Below the pieces are notes generated by a model, which had not been told where the DNA came from, made no database searches, and was given only the letters and a program-made list of their open reading frames with translations. Made by a program: the position numbers and the translations under genes. A DNA stretch of 32,000 bases from Coprobacillaceae bacterium (lineage in GTDB: Bacteria > Bacillota_I > Bacilli_A > Erysipelotrichales > Coprobacillaceae), in contig OY780959.1 in the NCBI GenBank assembly GCA_963675915.1, forward strand, positions 180,001 through 212,000. The letters are read 5' to 3'. Below, piece by piece: positions 1-10,025 of this stretch. The first letter of the stretch is position 1, and each line of letters begins with the position of its first letter.

Positions 1-144
1 AAAAGCTACTCGAGGGATTGCTACATTCAGTGGAAGACTGGTCGGATGTTCTGTTTTGGAGTGGATATATTTGATGATCAGTCTGATAAAGGATCTTAGT
101 TAATTATCACAGTTATTATCTTCTATTCAAAGCCAAATGATACG

Positions 145-380
145 AGTGACGAAAGTGACTTATATTTCAACTCGTACGCTTAAAAAAAGTTAAAAGTGAC
201 GAGAGTGACGATTATTCTGACTTCTGAACCAGAAAAAATCAATGAAAGTGACGAGAGTGACGGCTTTTTAAACTTCTGAGAAAATAAAGTATTAAAAGAA
301 GATAGGAAAGCAAGTACAACCTAAACTCTTCGAAAATTTTTTTCAAAAATCAAAATTGAAATACCGTCACTCTCGTCACT
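145..380. repeat. Iteron-like array of the 16-nt motif AGTGACGAGAGTGACG. Direct copies lie at 145-160 (2 mismatches), 195-210 and 247-262. One perfect inverted copy lies at 365-380. The copies bracket a ~100-bp AT-rich spacer (263-364).
   Basis: Read directly from the sequence. Each unit is two GTGAC(G) half-sites 8 nt apart. Copies 2 and 3 are each followed by a shared ACTTCTGA element. Confidence 0.85.
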
Positions 381-546
381 CCTGTCATCCCGAGTCTGTT
401 CTGTAATGTAGGGGAAAAAGATCAGTGTGACAAGGAAAGCTTTTACTTGTGGTCAATCAAGCTCTCTATGTCAAAGAAATCATCAAATGGTTATGGGTTC
501 ATAAAAGGCAGCCCGCGTTATTTAAAATAGGAAGGAGGTTTGCAAA

Positions 547-777
547 ATGGATGAAGATTATGATGAAAGATTCGACTCGTTAATTCAACAGCACGATGAG
601 GGTCTTTTCAAAGAGTTTTCTGTATTGTCGATAGAAGAAGCAGTAGATGAATATTGTGAATTTTACTGTCCCGAATGCTTTGATTGTCCAGCTGGTTGTA
701 GCAACTACGATTGTCCACTGTTTCAGCATCGTTCGGCTTTTTACATTGATGAAATGGCAGATATGATGGATGACTGA
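547..777 (+). CDS. Hypothetical small, very acidic, Cys-rich protein (76 aa) with a CX2CX2CX3C motif
   Basis: GGAAGGAGG Shine-Dalgarno sits 8 nt upstream of the ATG. The protein has 22 Asp/Glu against 3 Lys/Arg. Cys cluster: CPECFDCPAGC. Confidence 0.6.
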   Translation: MDEDYDERFDSLIQQHDEGLFKEFSVLSIEEAVDEYCEFYCPECFDCPAGCSNYDCPLFQHRSAFYIDEMADMMDD

Positions 778-1122
778 TGGAAATGATAAAATCTACCTGT
801 CAGGTGAGAGTTTGATAGGCATAAGCGGTCAAAAATATAATACATATATCGGTTGGATTAGCGGTATAATAAAATTGACTAAAATGGTCATACATATATC
901 GCATCGGAATCAATAACATTTTCGACTTTGTACGAGCAATGATGATAAGACATGTTTTTGGGAGCAGTAAATGGTTATTGATACACACAGGTATCGTTAC
1001 TCCTGATTTATCACTTCGGCAGGTTGCAGAACTTTCCCGTTTGTTTCCCGGCGGCATATGCCTGCCATTGAACATAATACATAATTAATTGCCATGAATC
1101 ATAACGAAAGGGGGAATTTACA

Positions 1123-1539
1123 ATGAATCAATTGGCAATAGACTTACAGCTTCCTGACAAGATTAAGGGATTGTCTATCAAGCAGACAAAGTTTGTGATG
1201 GGTATTTTATGTCACGGATCTATCCAGCTGGCTGGCGAAGAAGCAGGGATAACCAGAAGCACGGCCTACAAGTGGTCAAATGATGACAAAATCAAGAAGG
1301 CATTGAATCAGTTCAGGGATGCATTTGTCCTCCAGTCTATCAACCGTAATAAGATGTTTTTGAATACGGCAGTAGACAAGGTGTTCGAAATTATGAACGA
1401 CGATAATGCATCGAAGCGTACCCAGTTAAACGCGGCCAAAACTCTAATCGAACTGTCAGAACGTCTGATTGAAAAGGCGGATATCCTGGATCGTATTGAT
1501 GAACTCGAGAAGCATTATGAGGAGGAATTCAAACAATGA
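1123..1539 (+). CDS. HTH protein resembling a phage/satellite terminase small subunit (Terminase_2-like N-terminus)
   Basis: GGGGGA RBS. The N-terminal segment LSIKQTKFVMGIL...LAGEEAGITRSTAYKW resembles the KQxKF...A..AGYS..TA pattern remembered for small terminases. The C-terminal half is coiled-coil-like. Confidence 0.5.
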   Translation: MNQLAIDLQLPDKIKGLSIKQTKFVMGILCHGSIQLAGEEAGITRSTAYKWSNDDKIKKALNQFRDAFVLQSINRNKMFLNTAVDKVFEIMNDDNASKRTQLNAAKTLIELSERLIEKADILDRIDELEKHYEEEFKQ

Positions 1540-1823
1540 AGCGGTATACAGCCCTAAATCGAAAGCTTGACAGGATATCCAAAACAGCAATGTCATCGTA
1601 CGCTCCTAGCATGGCGTTTCTCTCGAACGATGAAGACGGGAAATATTTACTCGTGATCGGATTTTGGGATGGAGTGTATTTGTCTGGGGACAGGATGCCG
1701 GAATCTTTGAAAATGCAGTTTGATACCAAAGATAAGGCGTTAGCTTTTATGGACCAGTATCTTGAGGACAACCCGCCTCTGCCATCGTTCAAATGCCTTG
1801 ATTCGTCGGACTGGTATGAATGA
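1536..1823 (+). CDS. Hypothetical protein (95 aa), translationally coupled to the upstream ORF
   Basis: ATGA start/stop overlap with the 1123-1539 ORF, and GAGGAGG lies upstream. No recognisable motif. Confidence 0.55.
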   Translation: MKRYTALNRKLDRISKTAMSSYAPSMAFLSNDEDGKYLLVIGFWDGVYLSGDRMPESLKMQFDTKDKALAFMDQYLEDNPPLPSFKCLDSSDWYE

Positions 1824-1839
1824 CAATATAATGAGAATT

Positions 1840-1869
1840 GCTCCTGCTTATGGCGGGAGCTTTTCATTT
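1840..1869 (+). terminator. Probable intrinsic terminator after the small-ORF module
   Basis: 7-bp stem GCTCCTG/CGGGAGC (one G-U pair), a 7-nt loop, then TTTTCATTT. Confidence 0.55.
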
Positions 1870-2275
1870 GCTTTCAGTGTCCAAGATTAAAACAGCTCTC
1901 ACTGTGCTTTAAAACATGCAGTATATAGTGGTTTTCTTGCATAAAACATCAAAGGGGTCATATAGTACCTGGATTGTTTTAAAAATATTATTTTGGCCTA
2001 TATACGGGGGTTTTTAGGAAGGGACGGCAGATTGGTGGATGGCAATGTCTTCAATCAGGATTATAATGGGAAAGTCGATTTAGTGAACGCAAACTGGCGA
2101 GATTCATGCCAATAAAGGGGGCAATATGGCCGGGTTTAAGTCCAATCTTGTACTTGTTTTTTCTTTTACATTCGAGTCGGAAGTGATACAATGGTTGTAT
2201 ACGTTTTATTAACAGTTGAGTCAAATCAACAAGATGATGGTATTGGATGGGCACATCATTAAGGGGGATATAATA

Positions 2276-5272
2276 ATGGTTAAATATACCGGGGAACAAG
2301 AGATTGAGAACCAAATGATCCAGCAGCTTACCCGCGGTGAAAGCCAATGGACTTACCGTGAAGATTTGAATACTGAAGCACTCCTGTGGGAGAACTTCTT
2401 TGAAAAGTTGGAACAAAACAATGTGAAGACTCTGGATGGTAACCCGTTAACCGAGCAGGAAAAAAATCAGATCAAGAACCAGTTGAACTTCGTCAATTAC
2501 TACGAGGCGGCCAAATGGATAGCTGGTGAGAATGGGATTGCAAAAGTTCAAGTCCAACGTGAAGATGCAACTCTAGGAACCATCAGGCTGGAAGTATTAT
2601 GGCGTGATAATGTGGCTGGTGGAAAATCCAGCTATGAAGTAGTCAATCAGGTTAAGATAGAAAAGACAAAGCTAGATGATTTGAACCGGCGCTTTGATGT
2701 GACCTTGCTAATCAACGGGTTGCCTATGATCCATATCGAACTGAAAAATCGTTCAACTGGCTATATGGATGCATTCTATCAAATCAAGAAATACGACAAG
2801 GAAGGTAAGTTCAGAGGGATATATTCAACACTGCAAATGTTCGTGGTATCAAACGCGACCGAGACAAGGTACATCGCTGCTGCGAAAGATAATAAGATCA
2901 ACGATCAGTTCCTGACAAAATGGGTGGACGTGGATAATCACCCAGTTGTTGATTTGGCCAGCTTCACTTCTCAGGTTTTATCAATCCCTCGCGCTCATCA
3001 GATGGTCATGCAGTATTCAGTGATTGATGACAGCAAAAAGGCTCTGATATTACTTAGACCTTACCAAGTCCATGCCATAGAGAAAGTTAAGGAAGCGAGT
3101 AAGCAGCGCAAAAGCGGGTATGTCTGGCATACTACTGGATCTGGGAAAACGTTGACCAGTTACAAGGTTGCAAGGAACCTACTTCAAATTCCATCAATCC
3201 AGAAGACTATTTTTGTGGTCGACAGGACCGATCTGGATCAACAAACAACTTCTAGCTTCTTGTCTTACGCCGAAAATGATGTAATTGACATCGATGAGAC
3301 CGAGAGCACTCACAATCTCGTAAAACAGCTGTATTCTGATGAAAAAACTGTGGTAGTTACCACGATTCAGAAGATCAACACGATGATGAAAAAATTCGAT
3401 GAGGGCAAATATAAAAAAGAAAATAAAAAAATAAAAGAATTAAACGTAGCTTTTGTAGTAGATGAATGCCATCGAGCAGTAACACCAGGCAGACAACGGT
3501 TAATCTCTAAATTCTTCATCAACGCACTCTGGTATGGATTTACTGGTACGCCTATATTTGCGGAAAATAAGCGGGAACAAGTGGGTGATTTGGCCCAAAC
3601 AACGGAAGAACAATACGGTGAACGTTTGCATCAGTATACTGTCAAAGAAGCCATTCATGATAAAGCGGTCTTAGGCTTCCAGGTTGAATACAAGAACACA
3701 GTCATTAGTAAACTACCTGAATCAGAGATCCTTTCAGAAGTATATGATAAGGAAGAACATATGCGAGAGGTATTGGATTCAATAATTAACCACTCTCGTC
3801 GCAAGTTAGGTTTCCAAAATGGTGTTGGGAAGACATATACAGCGATTTTAACTGTCAAAAGCATCTCGATGGCCCAGAAGTATTATGATTTGCTTAACCG
3901 CGTAAAAAGCGGCGAATATAGCCTGAAAGTGAGCGAGCAGGTCAAACAGACCTTGCCTGACTTCCCTAAGTTTGCAATCACTTATTCTGTGTCGGAGAAC
4001 GAGGAAGACAGCACGACAAATCAGGACAAGATGAAAGAATCCATCAAAGACTACAACAATATGTTTGGAACTCATTTCACGATCGCTGACATCCGTTCGT
4101 ACAATAATGACATCAATGAGCGACTGGCAAGAAAGAAAGATCGGTATACATTCCGAGACGAGCAGCTTGATCTAGTTATTGTGGTCAATAGGCTGCTAAC
4201 TGGTTTTGATGCCCCTTGTTTGTCAACACTGTTTATCGACCGCCTACCAATGAAACCACAGGATTTGATCCAGGCATTTAGTCGAACAAACCGGCTCTTC
4301 GACCGGTCTAAAAAATATGGACAAATTGTAATATTTCAAAAATATGAAACATTTAAGAGCGCAGTTGATAATGCACTGAGACTATACTCTAACGGTGGTG
4401 AAAACTTTGTGTTAGCACCTACCTGGCAAGAGGAGAAGCGAAACTTTGATCAAAAAGTGAAAGAATTCAAGATGATTGCTCCAACACCAGAAGATGCTCC
4501 GGATGTTGTATCGGGAACTGATGAGGAACTGAAGTATTTTGCCAAAGCATACCAGGAGTTCGACAAGCTATTTGCTTCAATTCAAGTATATTCTAATTAT
4601 GATCGTAGTAAAGTTTTGCGGGAAGCAGGACTTACAATCGGAATGATTGAGGAGTTCGCCGGTAAGTATGAAAATATCATGGATGAGTTGAAACGGAGAA
4701 AAGGTGATGATGATGATCCCGATATAGTTCCCATTGACATTCTGTATGAGCTTGAAAGTGTGAGAACAGATGAAATCAACTACGAGTATATCTTATCACT
4801 GATTCAAGCGTTCATCCCTGAAGTTGAAGGGGAATCAAAAGAGCTGTCAGACAAAGACGTCAAAGCAATCAGTACATATATCGGTGAACTTCGAAAGACC
4901 AATCCGGGATTGGCTGGAATTATCGATAATCTGTGGATCCAAGTTCAAATGGATCCAGATAGATACCGTGGGCAATCTGTTGCAAATATCTTGGACGAAA
5001 TGATTGAAGAGACGATTAGCAAGAAGGTACTAGAGATATCGTCGAAGTGGTTTGTGGGATACGAAGAGCTGATGTTCCTAGTTAGAAACTATCGTAAGGG
5101 TGAGTCAAAGCAGCTCGGTGAACAGGAACTTAATCAATCAAGGGATTACAATGCCTACAAGGAGCAATCCGGAGATGCTGCGTTGTCAAAGCTAAAATAC
5201 ATGAAAGAGATAAAGCCGGCATATACTCAAGCGATTGAAGAAGTAATTGTTCCGTTGCAACGAAGAAGATAG
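2276..5272 (+). CDS. hsdR: Type I restriction enzyme R subunit (HsdR), about 998 aa
   Basis: N-terminal PD-(D/E)XK core [20 protein letters not shown]. Helicase motif I TTGSGKT and motif II DECHR. Start placed at ATG 2276 behind AAGGGGGA rather than at the ORF-track TTG 2216. Confidence 0.9.
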   Translation: MVKYTGEQEIENQMIQQLTRGESQWTYREDLNTEALLWENFFEKLEQNNVKTLDGNPLTEQEKNQIKNQLNFVNYYEAAKWIAGENGIAKVQVQREDATLGTIRLEVLWRDNVAGGKSSYEVVNQVKIEKTKLDDLNRRFDVTLLINGLPMIHIELKNRSTGYMDAFYQIKKYDKEGKFRGIYSTLQMFVVSNATETRYIAAAKDNKINDQFLTKWVDVDNHPVVDLASFTSQVLSIPRAHQMVMQYSVIDDSKKALILLRPYQVHAIEKVKEASKQRKSGYVWHTTGSGKTLTSYKVARNLLQIPSIQKTIFVVDRTDLDQQTTSSFLSYAENDVIDIDETESTHNLVKQLYSDEKTVVVTTIQKINTMMKKFDEGKYKKENKKIKELNVAFVVDECHRAVTPGRQRLISKFFINALWYGFTGTPIFAENKREQVGDLAQTTEEQYGERLHQYTVKEAIHDKAVLGFQVEYKNTVISKLPESEILSEVYDKEEHMREVLDSIINHSRRKLGFQNGVGKTYTAILTVKSISMAQKYYDLLNRVKSGEYSLKVSEQVKQTLPDFPKFAITYSVSENEEDSTTNQDKMKESIKDYNNMFGTHFTIADIRSYNNDINERLARKKDRYTFRDEQLDLVIVVNRLLTGFDAPCLSTLFIDRLPMKPQDLIQAFSRTNRLFDRSKKYGQIVIFQKYETFKSAVDNALRLYSNGGENFVLAPTWQEEKRNFDQKVKEFKMIAPTPEDAPDVVSGTDEELKYFAKAYQEFDKLFASIQVYSNYDRSKVLREAGLTIGMIEEFAGKYENIMDELKRRKGDDDDPDIVPIDILYELESVRTDEINYEYILSLIQAFIPEVEGESKELSDKDVKAISTYIGELRKTNPGLAGIIDNLWIQVQMDPDRYRGQSVANILDEMIEETISKKVLEISSKWFVGYEELMFLVRNYRKGESKQLGEQELNQSRDYNAYKEQSGDAALSKLKYMKEIKPAYTQAIEEVIVPLQRRR

Positions 5273-5281
5273 GAGTATTAA

Positions 5282-6529
5282 ATGATTGAAATAACAAAAA
5301 AACAACCAAAAGTAAGGTTCAAAGATTTCGCAGGCAAAAATGCTGAAGATTGGGAACAGCGTAAGTATGGTGATCTAGCACAAGTGCGTAGGGGGTTAAC
5401 GTATAAACCGTCGGACGTTCAAGAAAATGGAGTTAAAGTGCTCAGATCTTCTAATATTGATGCGGATATTTTTGTCCAGAGGGAAGATGATGTTTACGTT
5501 CAAGGGGGAGCGGTTAATATCGATTTTTTATGTGATGGAGATATCTTGATCACAGCAGCAAATGGATCTTCGCGTTTGGTTGGTAAACACGCAATTATTA
5601 ACGGAATATCTGATAGATCAACTGTACACGGCGGATTTATGTTGGCTGCTACAACAGATAATCCTGAATTTTTAAATGCCTCAATGAGCTCAAGGTGGTA
5701 TTCTAAGTTTATCAATATGTATGTTGCTGGTGGGAATGGGGCAATTGGCAATCTCAATAAAAATGATTTAGAAAATTATAAAATTCTTGTTCCCAATATA
5801 CATGAACAAGAGAAGATTGGCGATTTTTTCAAGAACTTAGATAACCTTATCACTCTTCATCAGCGTGAGTTGGATAATAAGAAGACTTTGAAACAGACGA
5901 TGCTGTCAAAAATGTTTCCGAAGGATGGATCAGATGTTCCGGAGGTTAGATTTGCTGGATTTGCTGACCCTTGGGAACAGCGTAAGTTAGCTGAAGAAGT
6001 AGAATTTTTTAATGGATTAACTTATTCTCCTGCTGATGTTAGTGAAAATGGAACTTTTGTTTTACGGTCTTCGAATGTAAAAGAAGGAGAAATAGTTAAC
6101 GCAGATAATGTATACGTAGACCCTCAAGTTGTTAATTCTTCCAATGTCGAGGAGGGGGACATAATTGTTGTAGTAAGGAATGGATCTCGAGCACTAATTG
6201 GAAAACACACACAAATTAAGGAAAGAATGGATGATACAGTGATTGGTGCGTTTATGACCGGTATACGTTCGGACCAACCTGGATTTGTAAATGCATTGTT
6301 GGATACTGAACAATTCAATCGAGAAATTCATAAAAATTTGGGTGCTACTATAAATCAAATTACCAATGGGATGTTTGCAAAGATGAATTTTATGTTCCCT
6401 AATTTTGAAGAACAGCAGAAAATCGGAGTATTTTTCACTAATCTGGATAACCTAGTCGCTCTTCATCAGCATGAGTTGGAAACGTACCAAACATTAAAGA
6501 AAACAATGCTGGAAAAGATGTTCGTGTAA
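5282..6529 (+). CDS. hsdS: Type I R-M specificity subunit (HsdS) with two target-recognition domains
   Basis: Internally duplicated architecture. Repeated WEQRK entry segments, plus conserved helices LITLHQRELDNKKTLKQTMLSKMFP and LVALHQHELETYQTLKKTMLEKMFV. Confidence 0.9.
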   Translation: MIEITKKQPKVRFKDFAGKNAEDWEQRKYGDLAQVRRGLTYKPSDVQENGVKVLRSSNIDADIFVQREDDVYVQGGAVNIDFLCDGDILITAANGSSRLVGKHAIINGISDRSTVHGGFMLAATTDNPEFLNASMSSRWYSKFINMYVAGGNGAIGNLNKNDLENYKILVPNIHEQEKIGDFFKNLDNLITLHQRELDNKKTLKQTMLSKMFPKDGSDVPEVRFAGFADPWEQRKLAEEVEFFNGLTYSPADVSENGTFVLRSSNVKEGEIVNADNVYVDPQVVNSSNVEEGDIIVVVRNGSRALIGKHTQIKERMDDTVIGAFMTGIRSDQPGFVNALLDTEQFNREIHKNLGATINQITNGMFAKMNFMFPNFEEQQKIGVFFTNLDNLVALHQHELETYQTLKKTMLEKMFV

Positions 6530-6571
6530 CTGACTGGCAGTAACATATAAAACAAAGATCAGGAGAAAATA

Positions 6572-8179
6572 ATGACAGATACAAGTAAACAAAATTCACA
6601 AACTTTATACCAAGCACTTTGGAATAGTGCGGATATCTTGCGTTCAAAAATGGATGCCAACGAATACAAATCGTATCTTCTAGGGTTGGTCTTCTACAAG
6701 TACCTTTCCGACAAGATGCTTTTTTACGTTGCTGAGATCATGGAAGAAGGAACTGACAACCTTCAAACAGCACAGAAGCTATATGAGGAGTCTTTCAAAG
6801 ATGAGGAAACACGAGAGGATTTGATTTCGGTTCTACAGGAAGAAATTTCATATTCTATCGATCCACATCTGACATTTACTGCATTAGTAAATCAAGCAAA
6901 TATCGGATTTTTCCAATTGGAGTCATTAGCGCAAGGGTTTAGGAATATCGAGCAGGCTAACGAAACCTTTGAAAACTTATTCGAAGATATCGACCTTTAT
7001 TCAAAGAAATTAGGGCCAACACCGCAAAAGCAAAATGCAACGATTGCTGCAATTATGAAAGAATTGTCAGCATTGGATGTTGCAGCTCATGCTGGGGATA
7101 TGCTTGGAGATGCCTATGAATACCTCATTGGTCAATTTGCCAGTGATTCAGGGAAGAAGGCTGGCGAGTTCTATACGCCTCAGCCAGTAGCGAAACTGAT
7201 GACACAAATTGTGATTAATGGACGTGAAAACAAAAAAGGATTAACGGTATACGATGCGGCCATGGGATCAGGATCACTGCTTCTGAATGCTAAGAAGTAC
7301 AGTAATGAACCAGGAACGATTTCATATTATGGTCAGGAGCTAAATACTTCAACATACAACTTGGCTCGGATGAACATGATCCTTCATGGTGTCGCTGTTG
7401 AGAACCAGTTCTTGCATAATGCAGATACACTTGATCAAGACTGGCCTACTCAAGAACCAACAGACTTTGATGCAGTATTGATGAATCCGCCATACTCGGC
7501 GAAATGGTCAGCTGACAAAGGTTTTTTGCAGGATCCACGATTCTCAAGCTATGGAGCATTAGCGCCTAAATCAAAAGCGGACTTTGCGTTCCTGTTGCAT
7601 GGATTCTATCACTTGAAGCAAAATGGTGGAGTGATGGCAATCGTACTCCCTCATGGAGTATTATTCCGAGGCAATGCAGAAGGTCGTATACGTAAGCACC
7701 TGCTTGAAGAAGGAGCGATCGATACCGTAATTGGAATGCCAGCAAATATCTTCTTCAATACGAGTATTCCAACTACTGTAATCATCCTGAAGAAGAACCG
7801 TACGAACCGGAATGTACTGTTCATCGATGCATCACAGGAGTTTGACAAGGGTAAAAATCAGAACACGATGACTGATGAGCATATCGGCAAGATCCTGGAT
7901 GCTTATAATAAACGTGAGGATGCCGATAAGTTTGCGCATGTGGCGAGCTTTGAAGAGATCAAAGAAAACGACTTCAACTTGAACATACCACGTTACGTTG
8001 ATACTTTCGAGGAAGAACCGGTTGTTCCATTAACTGAAATTGTTGGAAATATCAAATCGACACGCGAAGAGATCGAAAGAACAACAGCAGAGATTTATAG
8101 CATGTTGGAAGACTTGGTTGGGACAACGTCTGAAGAGGATAATCAATTGAAGGATTTTTTAAGGCAATTAAATATTTAG
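6572..8179 (+). CDS. hsdM: Type I R-M N6-adenine DNA methyltransferase subunit (HsdM)
   Basis: AdoMet motif DAAMGSGSLL and catalytic NPPY (LMNPPYSAKW). The N-terminal HsdM_N-like region opens with LWNSADILR. Confidence 0.92.
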   Translation: MTDTSKQNSQTLYQALWNSADILRSKMDANEYKSYLLGLVFYKYLSDKMLFYVAEIMEEGTDNLQTAQKLYEESFKDEETREDLISVLQEEISYSIDPHLTFTALVNQANIGFFQLESLAQGFRNIEQANETFENLFEDIDLYSKKLGPTPQKQNATIAAIMKELSALDVAAHAGDMLGDAYEYLIGQFASDSGKKAGEFYTPQPVAKLMTQIVINGRENKKGLTVYDAAMGSGSLLLNAKKYSNEPGTISYYGQELNTSTYNLARMNMILHGVAVENQFLHNADTLDQDWPTQEPTDFDAVLMNPPYSAKWSADKGFLQDPRFSSYGALAPKSKADFAFLLHGFYHLKQNGGVMAIVLPHGVLFRGNAEGRIRKHLLEEGAIDTVIGMPANIFFNTSIPTTVIILKKNRTNRNVLFIDASQEFDKGKNQNTMTDEHIGKILDAYNKREDADKFAHVASFEEIKENDFNLNIPRYVDTFEEEPVVPLTEIVGNIKSTREEIERTTAEIYSMLEDLVGTTSEEDNQLKDFLRQLNI

Positions 8180-8255
8180 AATATTATGACAAGAAATACT
8201 TATTTATACAGGTACAAATACGAGGTTTATTTGCTCAATGTCTGGGGAGGACAAT

Positions 8256-8795
8256 ATGAAAATTGATTTTAAAGGGATGGATAAAAACGAAGTTATTTTG
8301 TTGATTGACTATATTGAAAACTTCAATATTCACTATGACTTGTTGTTAAGACGGTATGAACGCTTTAAGGAAATTAACTATTTAGGTAATTCGGATATTG
8401 ATGTTATCACTTATTTTGATATGGTTGTTGTGCAACTTAGGGCAATGTGTATTGAAAGCGAATGGTATAAAAAAAATTACACTGCACAAATATTGCTACG
8501 AAAAATTGGAGAAGGTGAACTAGCTGAAAAATTAGATAGTGTCTTGGATGAAGAGTTTTTTCAATGGACTTCAGGATTTACAATTCGAAAGGGATTGAAG
8601 GAGCTTGCAGATCAATTTATTTGTCACTATGATAATTTTGACGGAAAGAATAAAGATGGCTGGGCAATGGCTTCGATTATTGAAAAAGAGTTAAAGAACC
8701 CTTATGCTGGAAAAAATTTGGACTATATTATGAACAAAATTGTCGAGTGTATCGGTACAGGATTAAGTTTGGAGCATTTTTCGATTGAGGAATAG
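8256..8795 (+). CDS. Hypothetical protein (179 aa), co-oriented behind hsdM; candidate partner of the downstream RES-like protein
   Basis: GGGGAGGA RBS before ATG 8256 (the ORF-track start 8238 is less likely). No HTH or other motif recognised. Confidence 0.6.
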   Translation: MKIDFKGMDKNEVILLIDYIENFNIHYDLLLRRYERFKEINYLGNSDIDVITYFDMVVVQLRAMCIESEWYKKNYTAQILLRKIGEGELAEKLDSVLDEEFFQWTSGFTIRKGLKELADQFICHYDNFDGKNKDGWAMASIIEKELKNPYAGKNLDYIMNKIVECIGTGLSLEHFSIEE

Positions 8796-8902
8796 GGTGT
8801 TTTCATAATTGTTATCTAATGATTAATTCAAGTTTTAGCACTCCGTAATAAGTTTAAATTTTACGAAATATTTAACTGGGTTAAAGAAAGAAGGAAAAAC
8901 GT

Positions 8903-9877
8903 ATGGGAAAGAATAAATATCGGAACAAACCTTGCCCCTGTGGAAGTGGAAAAAAATACAAGAATTGTTGTATGACAAGAGAACGTGAGGATGAGCCAGG
9001 TAGGGTGGAAAATAGTAAAAAAATCTTTGATTTTGGGGATTTAGAAAAAAGTGAGGAAATTATTAGAAAAACGTGGGATGAATTTAGAGAGGCTTTGTCA
9101 AAAGAAATTTTCAATTACGATGAAGTTGAAAAAGCCAAGGAGCAAACTTTCTTACGAGTATATGATGATTTGTTTAATAAACACCTTGGGATTGAACTTC
9201 AGACGAAAACAGTGTCAGAGATTCGCCATACTAAAATAGGACGTGGTACAATCCTTGAACCTGGAGAAACACCTGACTTTGAGCGATTTATTCCTAAAGA
9301 GGAATATATTAAAGAGGATAATCGTTTCAGCCCGCCAGGTGTCGAATGGTTGTATATGGCACTTGGAAATGAAGATGAGCTGCTAGACTGCGCACAATGC
9401 GAGTGTCGAGTTGCAAAAGGTGATAGATTTGGTTTTTGTCATTTTAATTACAGTAATACATATGACGACTGTAAGCTTGTGGATTTGACAATATCAGATG
9501 AGCTTTCATTTGGTGAATTAAACCAGCAATTAGAAGAATATGGTCAAGAAGTAATGAGGAAAATTAAAAATGAGGCACTGACTACAGGAAAAATCAATGA
9601 CGTAAATAGGGATGAATTCGAAGCCACATTTACAAAATGGGGGGTATATACTTATACTAAATTACTGTCTGATCAAATTTTTATTCCGCTTGATTCAACT
9701 GATAACAAAAAAAATAAGTATGCTCCTTTTCAAACTATGGCGCATTACTTTATATCTCTAGGATATTCAGGGATTATTTACGGAAGTACAGTTTGTCCAA
9801 TTGGAAAAAATATTGTTCTATTTGACAAAAAAATGGCAAAACCATATGGAAATATTGATGAAGTAATAATTGACTAG
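8903..9877 (+). CDS. SEC-C zinc-motif N-terminus fused to a RES-domain-like C-terminal half (324 aa)
   Basis: KPCPCGSGKKYKNCC lies near the N-terminus. RES-like landmark segments are NRFSPPGVEWLYMA, LLDCAQCE and GIIYGSTVCPIGKNIVLFD. Confidence 0.65.
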   Translation: MGKNKYRNKPCPCGSGKKYKNCCMTREREDEPGRVENSKKIFDFGDLEKSEEIIRKTWDEFREALSKEIFNYDEVEKAKEQTFLRVYDDLFNKHLGIELQTKTVSEIRHTKIGRGTILEPGETPDFERFIPKEEYIKEDNRFSPPGVEWLYMALGNEDELLDCAQCECRVAKGDRFGFCHFNYSNTYDDCKLVDLTISDELSFGELNQQLEEYGQEVMRKIKNEALTTGKINDVNRDEFEATFTKWGVYTYTKLLSDQIFIPLDSTDNKKNKYAPFQTMAHYFISLGYSGIIYGSTVCPIGKNIVLFDKKMAKPYGNIDEVIID

Positions 9878-10025
9878 TTGTAGAAATTCTTATGTTACCG
9901 GTATGTCTTCTAATTATAATACCGTCATCTTTTATGGTTGGCTTAAAAATTTTGGGTACCGTTGACATGTCGGGAAATTGGTTTTTTCAGTTTGTGTTAG
10001 AGTTGGAATAAATAATTTAATCAGG

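Noticed and set aside
1-99. Open frame entering the window and stopping at 97-99 (…DIFDDQSDKGS*)
   Set aside because: At only 32 codons it is too short to support as a feature. It is mentioned only as a possible 3' end of a replication-type gene in the iteron finding.
800-1075. 91-aa minus-strand ORF between the acidic mini-protein and the terminase-like gene
   Set aside because: There is no convincing Shine-Dalgarno sequence, the composition is odd, and the orientation is opposite to the surrounding module. I treat 778-1122 as intergenic, though it is long enough to hide a regulatory RNA.
2216-2275. N-terminal extension of hsdR from the ORF-track TTG start; similarly 24022-24078 for argF, 29017-29043 for RpiR, 30674-30706 for the hydro-lyase beta subunit, and 16968-17003, 8238-8255 and 21527-21559
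   Set aside because: In each case an internal start codon has a proper Shine-Dalgarno sequence at the right spacing. That start also gives an N-terminus typical of the family.
1529-2416. Minus-strand ORFs 1529-1867 and 2051-2416
   Set aside because: The first is antisense to the 1536-1823 ORF. The second overlaps the hsdR start region. Neither has an RBS or a recognisable motif.
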